A stretch of 34,433 nucleotides of DNA from Bacteroidales bacterium (GTDB lineage Bacteria; Bacteroidota; Bacteroidia; Bacteroidales; F082), in the NCBI GenBank assembly GCA_024762735.1, contig JANTGU010000001.1:1-34433 (forward strand), given 5' to 3'. The notes below the pieces were generated by a model. The model did not search any database. It was not told the origin of the DNA and worked only from the letters and a program-made list of their open reading frames with translations. A program made the translations under genes and the position numbers. Shown here piece by piece: positions 9,587 through 18,487 of this stretch. How positions within the stretch are numbered: position 1 is the first letter of the stretch; every line of letters begins with the position of its first letter.

Positions 9587-10612
9587 ATGAACGAAGCTCT
9601 TTTTGGAAAAACATTATCCGAATTACAGGAAATTACCAATACGTTGGGATTACCCAAATTTACTGCCAAACAACTCGCCGAATGGCTTTATAAAAAACAT
9701 GCTGTTTCGTTTGATCAGATGACCAACCTGTCGAAAAAGGCAAGAGCCATGCTGTCAGCGCAATACGACATTGGCTTAACAAAACCACTCACGGTTCAAA
9801 CCTCTTCTGACGGCACTAAAAAATATCTTTTTAAGTCCGATTCAAAAGGCTTTATCGAAGCGGCCTATATTCCCGAAACCAAGCGACACACGCTTTGTGT
9901 TTCATCGCAGGTAGGCTGCAAGATGAATTGCAGCTTTTGCGCCACGGGCAAACAGGGCTTTCAGGCAAACCTTTCTGCCAAAGAGATTATTAACCAGATA
10001 GCCTCTATCCCTGAGAGCGATCAGCTTACCAACCTGGTGTACATGGGCATGGGCGAACCACTCGACAACCTCGACGAGGTACTCAAAAGTCTTGAAATCC
10101 TGACGGCTGACTGGGGATTTGAATGGAATCCGAAAAAAATTACCGTTTCAACCATTGGGGTGATTCCTGCCATGAAACGGTTTCTGGAGGAAAGCACCGC
10201 CCATTTAGCGGTTAGTCTGCACAATCCTTTTGACGATGAACGGTCGGCTTTGATGCCTGTAAACAAAGCGTTTCCTATTAAAGAAATTATTGACTTGCTT
10301 AAAAAATATTCGTTCGACCGTAATCGAAGAGTATCGTTCGAGTACATCGTTTTTGGCGGACTTAACGATTCGCGACGCCACGTTAACGAGCTGGCTCGCC
10401 TGCTAAACGGCATGAATTGTCGCATCAACCTTATCCGGTTCCATACCAACCCCGGCTCCGACTTAAACGGCACCGATGAAGAGAGTCTGATGGCATTTAA
10501 AGAGGCACTTAACGCGAAGGGCATTGTTACCACCATCCGTGCTTCACGGGGTCAGGATATCGATGCTGCCTGTGGTTTGTTAAGCACCAAAGAGCTGCTA
10601 AAAAAACAGTAG
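9587..10612 (+). CDS. rlmN: 23S rRNA m2A2503 radical SAM methyltransferase
   Basis: CVSSQVGCKMNCSFC, MGMGEP and DIDAACG motifs. Confidence 0.95.
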   Translation: MNEALFGKTLSELQEITNTLGLPKFTAKQLAEWLYKKHAVSFDQMTNLSKKARAMLSAQYDIGLTKPLTVQTSSDGTKKYLFKSDSKGFIEAAYIPETKRHTLCVSSQVGCKMNCSFCATGKQGFQANLSAKEIINQIASIPESDQLTNLVYMGMGEPLDNLDEVLKSLEILTADWGFEWNPKKITVSTIGVIPAMKRFLEESTAHLAVSLHNPFDDERSALMPVNKAFPIKEIIDLLKKYSFDRNRRVSFEYIVFGGLNDSRRHVNELARLLNGMNCRINLIRFHTNPGSDLNGTDEESLMAFKEALNAKGIVTTIRASRGQDIDAACGLLSTKELLKKQ

Positions 10613-10669
10613 TTGCATGCTTTTACAGACCTAACATCAATTTTTTCCAGAAAAAAAATTATTGAGAAT

Positions 10670-10700
10670 TTTGTAATTAGTAACTTATAAGTTACTTTTG
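10670..10700 (+). promoter_or_regulatory. Toxin-antitoxin promoter with operator palindrome
   Basis: -33 TTTG at 10670 and -7 TACTTTTG at 10693, 19 bp apart. A perfect 18-bp palindrome AGTAACTTATAAGTTACT at 10679-10696 overlaps the -7 box. Confidence 0.8.
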
Positions 10701-10704
10701 CAGA

Positions 10705-11052
10705 ATGGATCAAATAAGAAAAGTTGTTGCTTATAAAGACTATTTCGAGATTTTCTTGAAAAAGCAACCCATTAAGGTTCAAAATAAGATTTATAAGATT
10801 ATTGAAGCAATTGAGACCTTTGAGAGAATTCCGGAAAGTTATCTCAAATTAATCAAAGGTACTAAAGGTCTTTATGAAGCAAGAATTTCTTTAGCATCGA
10901 ATATTTGGAGAGTGTTTTGTTTCTTCGATAAAGGAAAACTTGTAATCTTACTTAATGGATTTACAAAAAAAACAAAAAAGACTCCAAAACGTGAGATTGA
11001 AAAAGCGATTCGTTTAATGAAAGAATATTATGAAAACAAAAAGGAGGAATAA
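10705..11052 (+). CDS. RelE/HigB (Gp49-like) type II toxin
   Basis: GLYEAR...NIWRVFCFF...LLNGFTKKTKKTPKREIEKA motif; precedes an HTH gene. Confidence 0.85.
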   Translation: MDQIRKVVAYKDYFEIFLKKQPIKVQNKIYKIIEAIETFERIPESYLKLIKGTKGLYEARISLASNIWRVFCFFDKGKLVILLNGFTKKTKKTPKREIEKAIRLMKEYYENKKEE

Positions 11053-11053
11053 A

Positions 11054-11344
11054 ATGGATACTAAAAGTTGGACTGAGATAAAAGATGAAGTTTACGGGAA
11101 AAAAGGAACAGAAAGAAGAGATGAACTTGAACGTGAATTTGAATCTTTTAAAATTGGACTTTTATTAAAGAAAGCAAGAGAAGAAAAAAAAATGACGCAA
11201 CAACAACTAGGAAATATTGTTGACAAACAAAGGACTTATATCTCGCGTGTAGAGAATAATGGTAGTAATCTAACATTAAAGACTTTATTTGATATTGTTG
11301 AAAAAGGATTGGGTGGGAAAGTTAAAATCTCGATTGAATTATAA
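11054..11344 (+). CDS. Xre/HigA-type HTH antitoxin
   Basis: LKKAREEKKMTQQQLG...YISRVEN HTH; AGGAGG precedes ATG 11054. Confidence 0.85.
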   Translation: MDTKSWTEIKDEVYGKKGTERRDELEREFESFKIGLLLKKAREEKKMTQQQLGNIVDKQRTYISRVENNGSNLTLKTLFDIVEKGLGGKVKISIEL

Positions 11345-11380
11345 AAGTTGTGTCCAGCAATTGTTAACTTCTAAATCTCG

Positions 11381-11872
11381 ATGAACAGCATACTATTCAA
11401 TTTAGCCGAAAAAGCACATCAGGCCGAACCACAAAACAAGGCACTGGTTAAGAAACTTAAAAAGAAAAAACCCAAAAATCTTGACAACATCGTCCACGGG
11501 CTGCATGAGGAGGTTTTTTCTGAAATCGACTGCCTGGCTTGTGCCAACTGTTGCAAAACGCTCGGACCACGTGTTACCGACAACGATATTGCACGGTTGG
11601 CCAAACACCTGAAAATAAAACCGGGAAAATTTATCGAAAGCTACCTGCGTCTTGATGAAGATAACGATTATGTTTTTAAGGAGATGCCCTGCCCGTTTTT
11701 GCTGCCCGACAACTACTGTATGGTTTACGAACAACGTCCAAAGGCATGCAGGGAGTACCCTCATACCGACCGGAAGCGGTTTTACCAGGCACTTGACATC
11801 ACCTTGAAAAACACCGCCACCTGCCCCGCCGTTTACGAAATAATGGAACGATTGAAACAGGCTAATATCTAG
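11381..11872 (+). CDS. YkgJ family cysteine-cluster protein
   Basis: CLACANCC...CPFL...C.VYEQRPKACREYP motif. Confidence 0.85.
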   Translation: MNSILFNLAEKAHQAEPQNKALVKKLKKKKPKNLDNIVHGLHEEVFSEIDCLACANCCKTLGPRVTDNDIARLAKHLKIKPGKFIESYLRLDEDNDYVFKEMPCPFLLPDNYCMVYEQRPKACREYPHTDRKRFYQALDITLKNTATCPAVYEIMERLKQANI

Positions 11873-11922
11873 CAACTCTCAGGTTTTGTACTTACTTTTG
11901 ACCGCTTAAATATCAAAACAGG

Positions 11923-12618
11923 ATGTTGCATATGCAAACCATTAGCTTACATAAACCCGGGGTTGTAGATTACAAAGAAGCCTGGGAGATTCAAAAACGC
12001 TATTTTACCAATAACTTTGAAATTAAAACCGGTAAAAAAGAGGGAGAAACCTCCAACCACCTGTTTTTACTGGAACACCCCCACGTGTACACGTTGGGAA
12101 ACAGCGGTGACAAAAACAACTTGCTGCTAAGCGACGACCTTCTTAAAACAAAACAAGCTTCTTTTTATAAAGTGGAAAGAGGGGGTGATATTACCTACCA
12201 CGGCCCCGGGCAACTGGTGGGATACCCCGTTTTTGACCTTGATAAACTAAACCTCTCCATCAAGGATTTCGTGTATAACATCGAAGAGGGGCTCATACGC
12301 ACGGTTGCGCATTTTGGCATTCAGGCCGGCCGGCTGGAAGGAGCTACAGGTGTGTGGCTGGAACCTAATCACCCGCAAAAAGCACGCAAAATAGCTGCCA
12401 TTGGCATGAAAATCAGTAAAAAGGTAAGCATGCATGGTTTTGCCCTTAATGTAAACACCAACCTCGACTATTTCGGCTATATCATTCCCTGCGGACTACA
12501 GGATAAAGGGGTAACTTCAATCCAAAAGGAGTTGGGCAAAAGGATTGATATGGAAGAAGTAGAAGCTGTTTTATTGAAGATGTTTGAGGAGGTGTTTGCC
12601 ACCAAATTTATCTCGTAA
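11923..12618 (+). CDS. lipB: Octanoyltransferase
   Basis: EHPHVYTLG, RGGDITYHGPGQ, RKIAAIG, HGFALN and IIPCG motifs. Confidence 0.95.
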   Translation: MLHMQTISLHKPGVVDYKEAWEIQKRYFTNNFEIKTGKKEGETSNHLFLLEHPHVYTLGNSGDKNNLLLSDDLLKTKQASFYKVERGGDITYHGPGQLVGYPVFDLDKLNLSIKDFVYNIEEGLIRTVAHFGIQAGRLEGATGVWLEPNHPQKARKIAAIGMKISKKVSMHGFALNVNTNLDYFGYIIPCGLQDKGVTSIQKELGKRIDMEEVEAVLLKMFEEVFATKFIS

Positions 12619-12621
12619 GGT

Positions 12622-13344
12622 TTACTCAAAAAGTTGTTGAAGCACTTCCAGGCTTTTAAGGTTGCCAAAGCCTGAAAGGTGCAACTGGTAGTAGGTAATC
12701 AGGCAGTTTAATAATTTCCGGCGTTGGCCGGAGGTGAAAGAGAGCTCACCCAAACCGGTAAAAGAAGTTGACAACAGCTGGTGAAACATTTCGGCAGTAA
12801 TACCGCTAATATAATGCGGGTGTGGCGGCTCACTGTTTACAAAAACCCCTTCCTGCAAGTCGAAATAGCCGGAAGCCCGCTCAGGATTTTTAGGGTAGAA
12901 TCCCAAAAACTTCGTCATCTGCATTAAAAAAACCAGATGAAAGTCAGCGCCGGGAGACGGAGCCAAATCGTACCATATTAAACTTTTCCACAACCACTCG
13001 AAAAGTGTTTGGTTGGCCGATTCTTCTTTGATAGAACGCGCCAGCACTTCGGTTAAAAACATCAACACCGAACGCTTCTGCATGTCAAACGGGATGGATT
13101 GATACGCAAAAGCAACCCTCGCTTCTTTTAAAAAATTAAGCTCCTTGTTTTCGCGGTGATGGGCGGTAATTTCCAACAGCTGCAAGGGTTGAAACAAAGC
13201 TGTTTTAATTTTAGCTTTTTTACTCCTGACGCCTTTAATGATGTACGATTGAATACCCAGGCGCTCTGTCAGAATTTTGACAATAATGCTTGTTTCGGAA
13301 TACTTAACAGTATGAAATACGATGCCTTTGGTACTCTCAATCAT
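12622..13344 (-). CDS. recO: DNA repair protein RecO
   Basis: TKGIV...YSETSIIV...LFQPL N-terminal OB fold; porZ-recO synteny. Confidence 0.9.
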   Translation of the reverse strand: MIESTKGIVFHTVKYSETSIIVKILTERLGIQSYIIKGVRSKKAKIKTALFQPLQLLEITAHHRENKELNFLKEARVAFAYQSIPFDMQKRSVLMFLTEVLARSIKEESANQTLFEWLWKSLIWYDLAPSPGADFHLVFLMQMTKFLGFYPKNPERASGYFDLQEGVFVNSEPPHPHYISGITAEMFHQLLSTSFTGLGELSFTSGQRRKLLNCLITYYQLHLSGFGNLKSLEVLQQLFE

Positions 13345-13435
13345 AAGTTAATTTCTTTCATTCCCCTTTTGAGAGGAAAAAAAGGGTGTGTCAATTTAAA
13401 ACGATATTTACTTCTTGATTTTCTGATTTTTACCC

Positions 13436-15772
13436 CTACCTTACCACCAAAATTTTTGTCACCACTTTTTGCGATCCGTCGCTGTTGGTTACAAAAACAA
13501 GATACACACCCGAGGCTGCTTTTCGCCCGTCCAGCGAGTAGCCGTTCCAAATAGCCTGCCCACCTTCCGACTTGGTAGCGTAAACAGCATTTCCATAAGA
13601 ATCGGTAATTTTTACATCGGCATTATTGACCAGTCCTTTAATGGCAATGGGACCGTTGTAGTTTGGGCGCACGGGATTGGGATAGGCATACACACTATCG
13701 TTGGTAGGGTTCGGGGGCGTGGCTTCTCCTTTGTACGAGATAATACCATTGGTGGTGCCGATAAACACTTCCCCGTCGCTATTGATGGTAATGCCAATGA
13801 TGCTGTTGGAAAGCAACGGGCTGTTTTCGGCGGTAAAATGGTTTAACTCCTTAAGGCCGTCAGGCGAAAACTGAAAAACCCCTGCCCGTTCAGTTCCAAC
13901 CCATTTGTTATTGGCTCCATCCACCGCAATGGCCGTAACTTGTTCGGTTTCCAACAGGTAATCCGCCAGGCCGGAACCGTCGTTTCGAGGGACAAGAATC
14001 TGGTGGGCATCAAAGTCGGCGCCGGGAGTAAAAATAAGCTCCGGGCTTGAAAACACGCTTATTCCTTTGTCCGAACCTATCCAAACTTCACCATCCTGAT
14101 CGGTAGCCATGGCAAAAACATCGGTACCCGGTATAGCCCCGTTTCCTGAAGAAGAGCTTAATACTTTTACTTTATCGTCAGCCGGGTTGTCCAGTGTGTT
14201 GTTATCATTAAAAACAATTAAAAAACCCTCTTTCCGTTTGAATATCCATTTTTGGTTTTGATGATCGACCATCAATTCAGAGATGTCAATGCCACTTAAA
14301 CCGCCACCCAGGTTAAACGATTTCCACGTTCCGTCGGTAAGCATCACCGACAAGAGTGTGGGAGACCCGGAGTTGGCTACCCACAGGTTACCCTCGCTAT
14401 CGAAATCGAGGCCACTGACAAGGGTTAAGTAATCGGCGGCAATCCAGGGTTGTAGTGTGCTGTTGCTCTTGTCGTAAATTTGCGTGAGGTTACCATTTTC
14501 AAATTTCAACAATCCTTTTCCCCAGGTGCCCACGTAAGCAATGTTGTGGTTTGCCGGGTTTACCTTTACACTAACAAAATCTGAAATGGTATCGAAGGCC
14601 GCCGTGTTGGTATAATTGTGGGTTTCCCAGGTATCGTCCACGAAAGAAAAGACCCCGTCGCGCATGTAAAGTTTACCCCAGTTAGAATTGTGCCCACCGG
14701 CTGCCACCCATACATTGGTGCCACCGGCATCTAAATCAAACACGTTGGGTGTACCGGGTCCGTTGGGTCGTATCAACTCGCCATTCCACCCCCTGTTCCA
14801 TGCTTTTAAAAGGCCTAAAAAACTGTCTCCTACCCAGTATTCACCGTTATCATCCATGTCGGCAGACAACGGCCTTAATGACATTTCACTGGGTTTCCAG
14901 ATACTAAAGTTATCCTCCGGGTTTTGATGTCCCACCAGCACATCATACCGTTCCGAAATTAAAAGATTTTCATGGGTAGCATTCAGTTGAAAGTGCCTCG
15001 AATGGTTATCGGGTAAGTAATAATCCCACGACGAACCGTTAAAGCTATAGAGTGTATCGCCATCAAACGATTCAGCTTCATAATTTACAATCATCTTTCC
15101 GTCAAACCATTCAACCTGATTGTAAAACAAATTGGGATTAGGAAGCCTGTTATCTTTATGCCACTGATTAAAATCGGCTAAATTGGGCGAATCGATACGG
15201 GCATAATAGACCCCCTTTTCGGTGGCAGCAAAAAAGGCTGTGTCGTTATAGGCTAAATCCTGCACATCAATAAACCCGCCATCAGGTCCTATGTACCAGG
15301 TATCACGAATTTCAAGCTTGTTAATATCAAGTACAACAATGCCAAAACCGCAACTCAGGTAGGCCAGGTTATCACGAAATTCAATGTTGTTGATGGTTTT
15401 GTTTCCAAGAATTTCTTTGTTCTTGATGTCGGCAATGTTAATGATGGAACCATCTTCATGTACAAGATCCATGTTGGTGTTCGCATAGGCAATTAACAGC
15501 GACCGGGTGCCGGCATGATAACCTATTTTACTGATTCCTATATCGTTTAACCCCTTCACTTTGTCAATCCTTTCAATACGGTTATCACCCGAATTGTAGG
15601 TGAAGATATCAAATGGCGTTGCCGCGTAAACCATGTTGTCTGTGGCAACTACATCAATTACCTTTTGATAGGGTAGATGAGTCCGCCATTGTCCGATGCC
15701 AATTTCCTGTGAAAACAGGTTAGAAGAAAATATTGTTAAAGTAAAGGTAAAGAGTAGCCACTTAAATTTCAT
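13436..15772 (-). CDS. porZ: T9SS component PorZ (beta-propellers plus CTD)
   Basis: GQWRTHLPY start, repeated propeller blades (AIAVDGANNKWVGT) and a C-terminal YAYPNP...WNG...SGVY CTD; adjacent to recO. Confidence 0.82.
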   Translation of the reverse strand: MKFKWLLFTFTLTIFSSNLFSQEIGIGQWRTHLPYQKVIDVVATDNMVYAATPFDIFTYNSGDNRIERIDKVKGLNDIGISKIGYHAGTRSLLIAYANTNMDLVHEDGSIINIADIKNKEILGNKTINNIEFRDNLAYLSCGFGIVVLDINKLEIRDTWYIGPDGGFIDVQDLAYNDTAFFAATEKGVYYARIDSPNLADFNQWHKDNRLPNPNLFYNQVEWFDGKMIVNYEAESFDGDTLYSFNGSSWDYYLPDNHSRHFQLNATHENLLISERYDVLVGHQNPEDNFSIWKPSEMSLRPLSADMDDNGEYWVGDSFLGLLKAWNRGWNGELIRPNGPGTPNVFDLDAGGTNVWVAAGGHNSNWGKLYMRDGVFSFVDDTWETHNYTNTAAFDTISDFVSVKVNPANHNIAYVGTWGKGLLKFENGNLTQIYDKSNSTLQPWIAADYLTLVSGLDFDSEGNLWVANSGSPTLLSVMLTDGTWKSFNLGGGLSGIDISELMVDHQNQKWIFKRKEGFLIVFNDNNTLDNPADDKVKVLSSSSGNGAIPGTDVFAMATDQDGEVWIGSDKGISVFSSPELIFTPGADFDAHQILVPRNDGSGLADYLLETEQVTAIAVDGANNKWVGTERAGVFQFSPDGLKELNHFTAENSPLLSNSIIGITINSDGEVFIGTTNGIISYKGEATPPNPTNDSVYAYPNPVRPNYNGPIAIKGLVNNADVKITDSYGNAVYATKSEGGQAIWNGYSLDGRKAASGVYLVFVTNSDGSQKVVTKILVVR

Positions 15773-15930
15773 AAAATCAAATTATAATGTTCAAAAAACA
15801 AGCTGCTGAAAACAGCTTTTACTATAACTTATAAATTACAAAAATATTGTTTTATAAGAAGGTATTGGCAGGCAGGTGGCAAAATATTAACCCACAGTAC
15901 GGGGCGCTATCCATGTGAAAGCGGAAAATA

Positions 15931-15986
15931 TTAACATAAACTTAAGGTTAAGGTAAAATAGAAGTAACGTTGCATACCTATATTTG
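15931..15986 (+). promoter_or_regulatory. Putative Pho-box-like array plus -7 box
   Basis: TTAACA (15931), TTAAGG (15942), GTAAAA (15953), GTAACG (15964) at an 11-bp period; TATATTTG at 15979. Confidence 0.65.
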
Positions 15987-16009
15987 CGACCAATAAAATA
16001 CGCTTAACC

Positions 16010-16372
16010 ATGAAAAAACATTTTTTAACCATAGTATTAGTTGCCCTGGTTGGCATTTTCGCTTATGCCGGCAATGATAACGACAAAAAAGAGGCTGCCT
16101 CTGACAATGCTCCTGCTCAAACCATTTCGGTTACAGGAAGCGTAAGTGATTTCGTATCCGGCGAAAATCTGACCGGTGTCGAGATTAAATTAGAAGGCAC
16201 AAATTTAAAAACCTATTCCGACTTTGACGGAAACTTTACCTTCAAAAATTTAAAACCGGGTACCTATAATATTATAGCTTCTTATATTTCGTACGATAAG
16301 AGCCTGGTTGAAAACTTTAAAGCTGCTAAAGATAACAACGAACTTTCCATTAAACTGCAAGCCTCCAAGTAA
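16010..16372 (+). CDS. Secreted stand-alone CarboxypepD_reg-like (TBDR N-terminal extension) domain protein
   Basis: Signal peptide, then G.V.D...GE.L.G....GT....SDFDGNF......G.Y.I.ASYISY. Confidence 0.75.
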   Translation: MKKHFLTIVLVALVGIFAYAGNDNDKKEAASDNAPAQTISVTGSVSDFVSGENLTGVEIKLEGTNLKTYSDFDGNFTFKNLKPGTYNIIASYISYDKSLVENFKAAKDNNELSIKLQASK

Positions 16373-16389
16373 CTCCACCATAAAACTTT

Positions 16390-16428
16390 AAAAAAACACG
16401 AATAATTTACCGGTTCGTGTTTTTTTTT
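16390..16428 (+). terminator. Intrinsic terminator
   Basis: AAAAAAACACGAA/TTCGTGTTTTTTT inverted repeat with a T-run. Confidence 0.75.
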
Positions 16429-16462
16429 GCATCATGATTTTTTAAAAAACGGGGGTTAAAAC

Positions 16463-16518
16463 TTTACAAAACCATAAACATATCTTAATCATAGGGTATT
16501 ATACGTTGTTTTTCTTTG
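16463..16518 (+). promoter_or_regulatory. Putative Pho-box-like array plus degenerate -7 box
   Basis: TTTACA (16463), ATAAAC (16474), TTAATC (16485), GTATTA (16496); TTTCTTTG at 16511. Confidence 0.5.
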
Positions 16519-16524
16519 TCGGCA

Positions 16525-17385
16525 ATGAAGCAAAAAAGACGTAAAGTTGATATTGTCGTTATTTCAGATACTCATCTGGGAACGCGTGGCAGTCAGGCTA
16601 AAGATTTGCTTAGCTATTTAAAAAGTATTAAGCCGGGAAAGCTGATATTAAATGGCGACATCTTAGATATATGGCAGTTTAAAAAATACTACTGGCCCAA
16701 GGCGCACATGAAAGTGGTAAAGCAAATAATAAATTTTGCAGCCGAGGGTGTTGACACTTATTACATTACCGGAAATCATGATGAAATACTAAGGAAGTTT
16801 ACAGGTTTAACCCTGGGTCATCTTCATCTTGTTAATGATTTGGTACTTGACCTTAATGGAAAAAAGGCCTGGTTTTTCCATGGCGATGTTTTTGACATGA
16901 TTATTCAAAACTCAAAATGGCTGGCCAAAGCAGGTGCTTTTGGGTACGACCTGTTAATTGTGCTGAATAATGTGATTAATTATTTTGGCAACTTGATGAA
17001 GCAGCCTCGTGTTTCGATGTCGAAAAAAATAAAAGACAATGTAAAAACGGCGGTAAAGTATATTACTAATTTTGAAGATACCGCGGCACGTGTCGCGAGT
17101 AAAAAAGGGTATGACTATGTAGTATGCGGACATATTCATAAAGCTCAAAACCGACTTGTACAGGCTCATGAAGAGGGCAACGAAATTATTTATCTCAACT
17201 CGGGTGACTGGATTGAAAACCTTACAGCACTGGAGTATCACAATGAAACATGGAGCATCTATGAATACCGCAAGGACAAATCGGTGGGAGAACAACCGGA
17301 AGAAGAACAAGACGATGCCCTGGCCATGGTTGACCTAAAACCAGCTGTTTTGTTAGAAGAAATGTTTTTAAATTTTCAAAAATAA
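16525..17385 (+). CDS. Metallophosphoesterase of the LpxH-like/PlcP (phospholipase C) family
   Basis: ISDTHLG, LNGDILD, GNHDE, FHGD, CGHIH and NSGDW motifs; no signal peptide. Confidence 0.75.
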   Translation: MKQKRRKVDIVVISDTHLGTRGSQAKDLLSYLKSIKPGKLILNGDILDIWQFKKYYWPKAHMKVVKQIINFAAEGVDTYYITGNHDEILRKFTGLTLGHLHLVNDLVLDLNGKKAWFFHGDVFDMIIQNSKWLAKAGAFGYDLLIVLNNVINYFGNLMKQPRVSMSKKIKDNVKTAVKYITNFEDTAARVASKKGYDYVVCGHIHKAQNRLVQAHEEGNEIIYLNSGDWIENLTALEYHNETWSIYEYRKDKSVGEQPEEEQDDALAMVDLKPAVLLEEMFLNFQK

Positions 17386-17390
17386 CAGCC

Positions 17391-18452
17391 ATGAGGGTTT
17401 TATATGCTATACAAGGAACCGGAAATGGTCATTTGTCGAGAGCTGCAGAAATATTACCTTTTTTACTAAAAAAGTGCACCGTTGACATATTGGTGAGCGG
17501 AAATCAATCGGAAATAAAATTGCGCTACCCTGTTAAATATCAGCTAAAGGGTTTGGGGTTTGTATCTGGAAAAGATGGTGGCATCAATTTTTGGAAAACC
17601 TATAGCGAAGCCGATCTCATTTCATTTCAAAAGGAGGTACGCGAACTGCCGGTTGAACAGTATAATTTCATTCTAAACGACTTTGAGCCGGTGTCGGCAT
17701 GGGCCGCTAAATATAAAAATATACCATGCATATCTTTAAGCCATCAGGCCAGCCTGCTGAGCTCCAAGGTGCCAAAACCAAAGTCGAAAGATTTGATTGG
17801 TGCAGCTGTTTTAAAACATTATGCCCCGGCTAATCATCATTTTGGATTTCATTTTTCACCCTACGATTCATTTATTTATACGCCAATCATTAAGCGTGAA
17901 ATTCGCAGGGCCAAAGTAAAAGACAAGGATCACTATACGGTGTACCTGCCTGCTTTTAGCGATGAAAAATTACTAAAAGTATTTGGTGCGTTTGAAAACG
18001 TAACCTGGCATATTTTTTCCAAACATGCGAAAAGAAAATTAAAATACAACAACATTACTATATTTCCTGTTTCAGAAGAGCAATTTATAACAAGTCTGAC
18101 AACGGGAAGAGGTGTCGTTTCTGCAGCAGGTTTTGAAACCCCCTCGGAAGCGCTTTACCTGGGGAAAAAATTACTGGTCATTCCACAAAAAAATCAGCTT
18201 GAACAGCTATATAATGCGGCAGCTTTAAAAACCCTGGGAGTTACGGTTATTAAAAACCTTAAACCCAAGAATGTTGAACGGTTAAGGCACTGGATAGATT
18301 TTGGCGAATCCATAAAAATTAATTATCCCGATAAAACCGATGTGGTTGTGAATAAAGTTTTTGAAACCTATTTGTATGGGGTTACCCGGCCATCGCTGAC
18401 GCGAAGAATTCATGGAAGAGCTAAACGCCTGGTTGAGTTAATGCTTGATTAA
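17391..18452 (+). CDS. GT-B glycosyltransferase (MJ1255/Glyco_trans_1_3-like)
   Basis: YAIQGTGNGHLSRA, NDFEP and AGFETPSEALYLGK...Q.EQ..NA motifs; starts 5 nt after the phosphoesterase. Confidence 0.8.
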   Translation: MRVLYAIQGTGNGHLSRAAEILPFLLKKCTVDILVSGNQSEIKLRYPVKYQLKGLGFVSGKDGGINFWKTYSEADLISFQKEVRELPVEQYNFILNDFEPVSAWAAKYKNIPCISLSHQASLLSSKVPKPKSKDLIGAAVLKHYAPANHHFGFHFSPYDSFIYTPIIKREIRRAKVKDKDHYTVYLPAFSDEKLLKVFGAFENVTWHIFSKHAKRKLKYNNITIFPVSEEQFITSLTTGRGVVSAAGFETPSEALYLGKKLLVIPQKNQLEQLYNAAALKTLGVTVIKNLKPKNVERLRHWIDFGESIKINYPDKTDVVVNKVFETYLYGVTRPSLTRRIHGRAKRLVELMLD

Positions 18453-18487
18453 TTACCTGGCCTACATCTAATAGAATAAAAACAACG

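Noticed and set aside
10021..13846. Longer antisense or overlapping ORFs (10021-10536, 11402-11875, 13156-13554, 13469-13846)
   Set aside because: They overlap well-supported genes and show no recognisable motifs.
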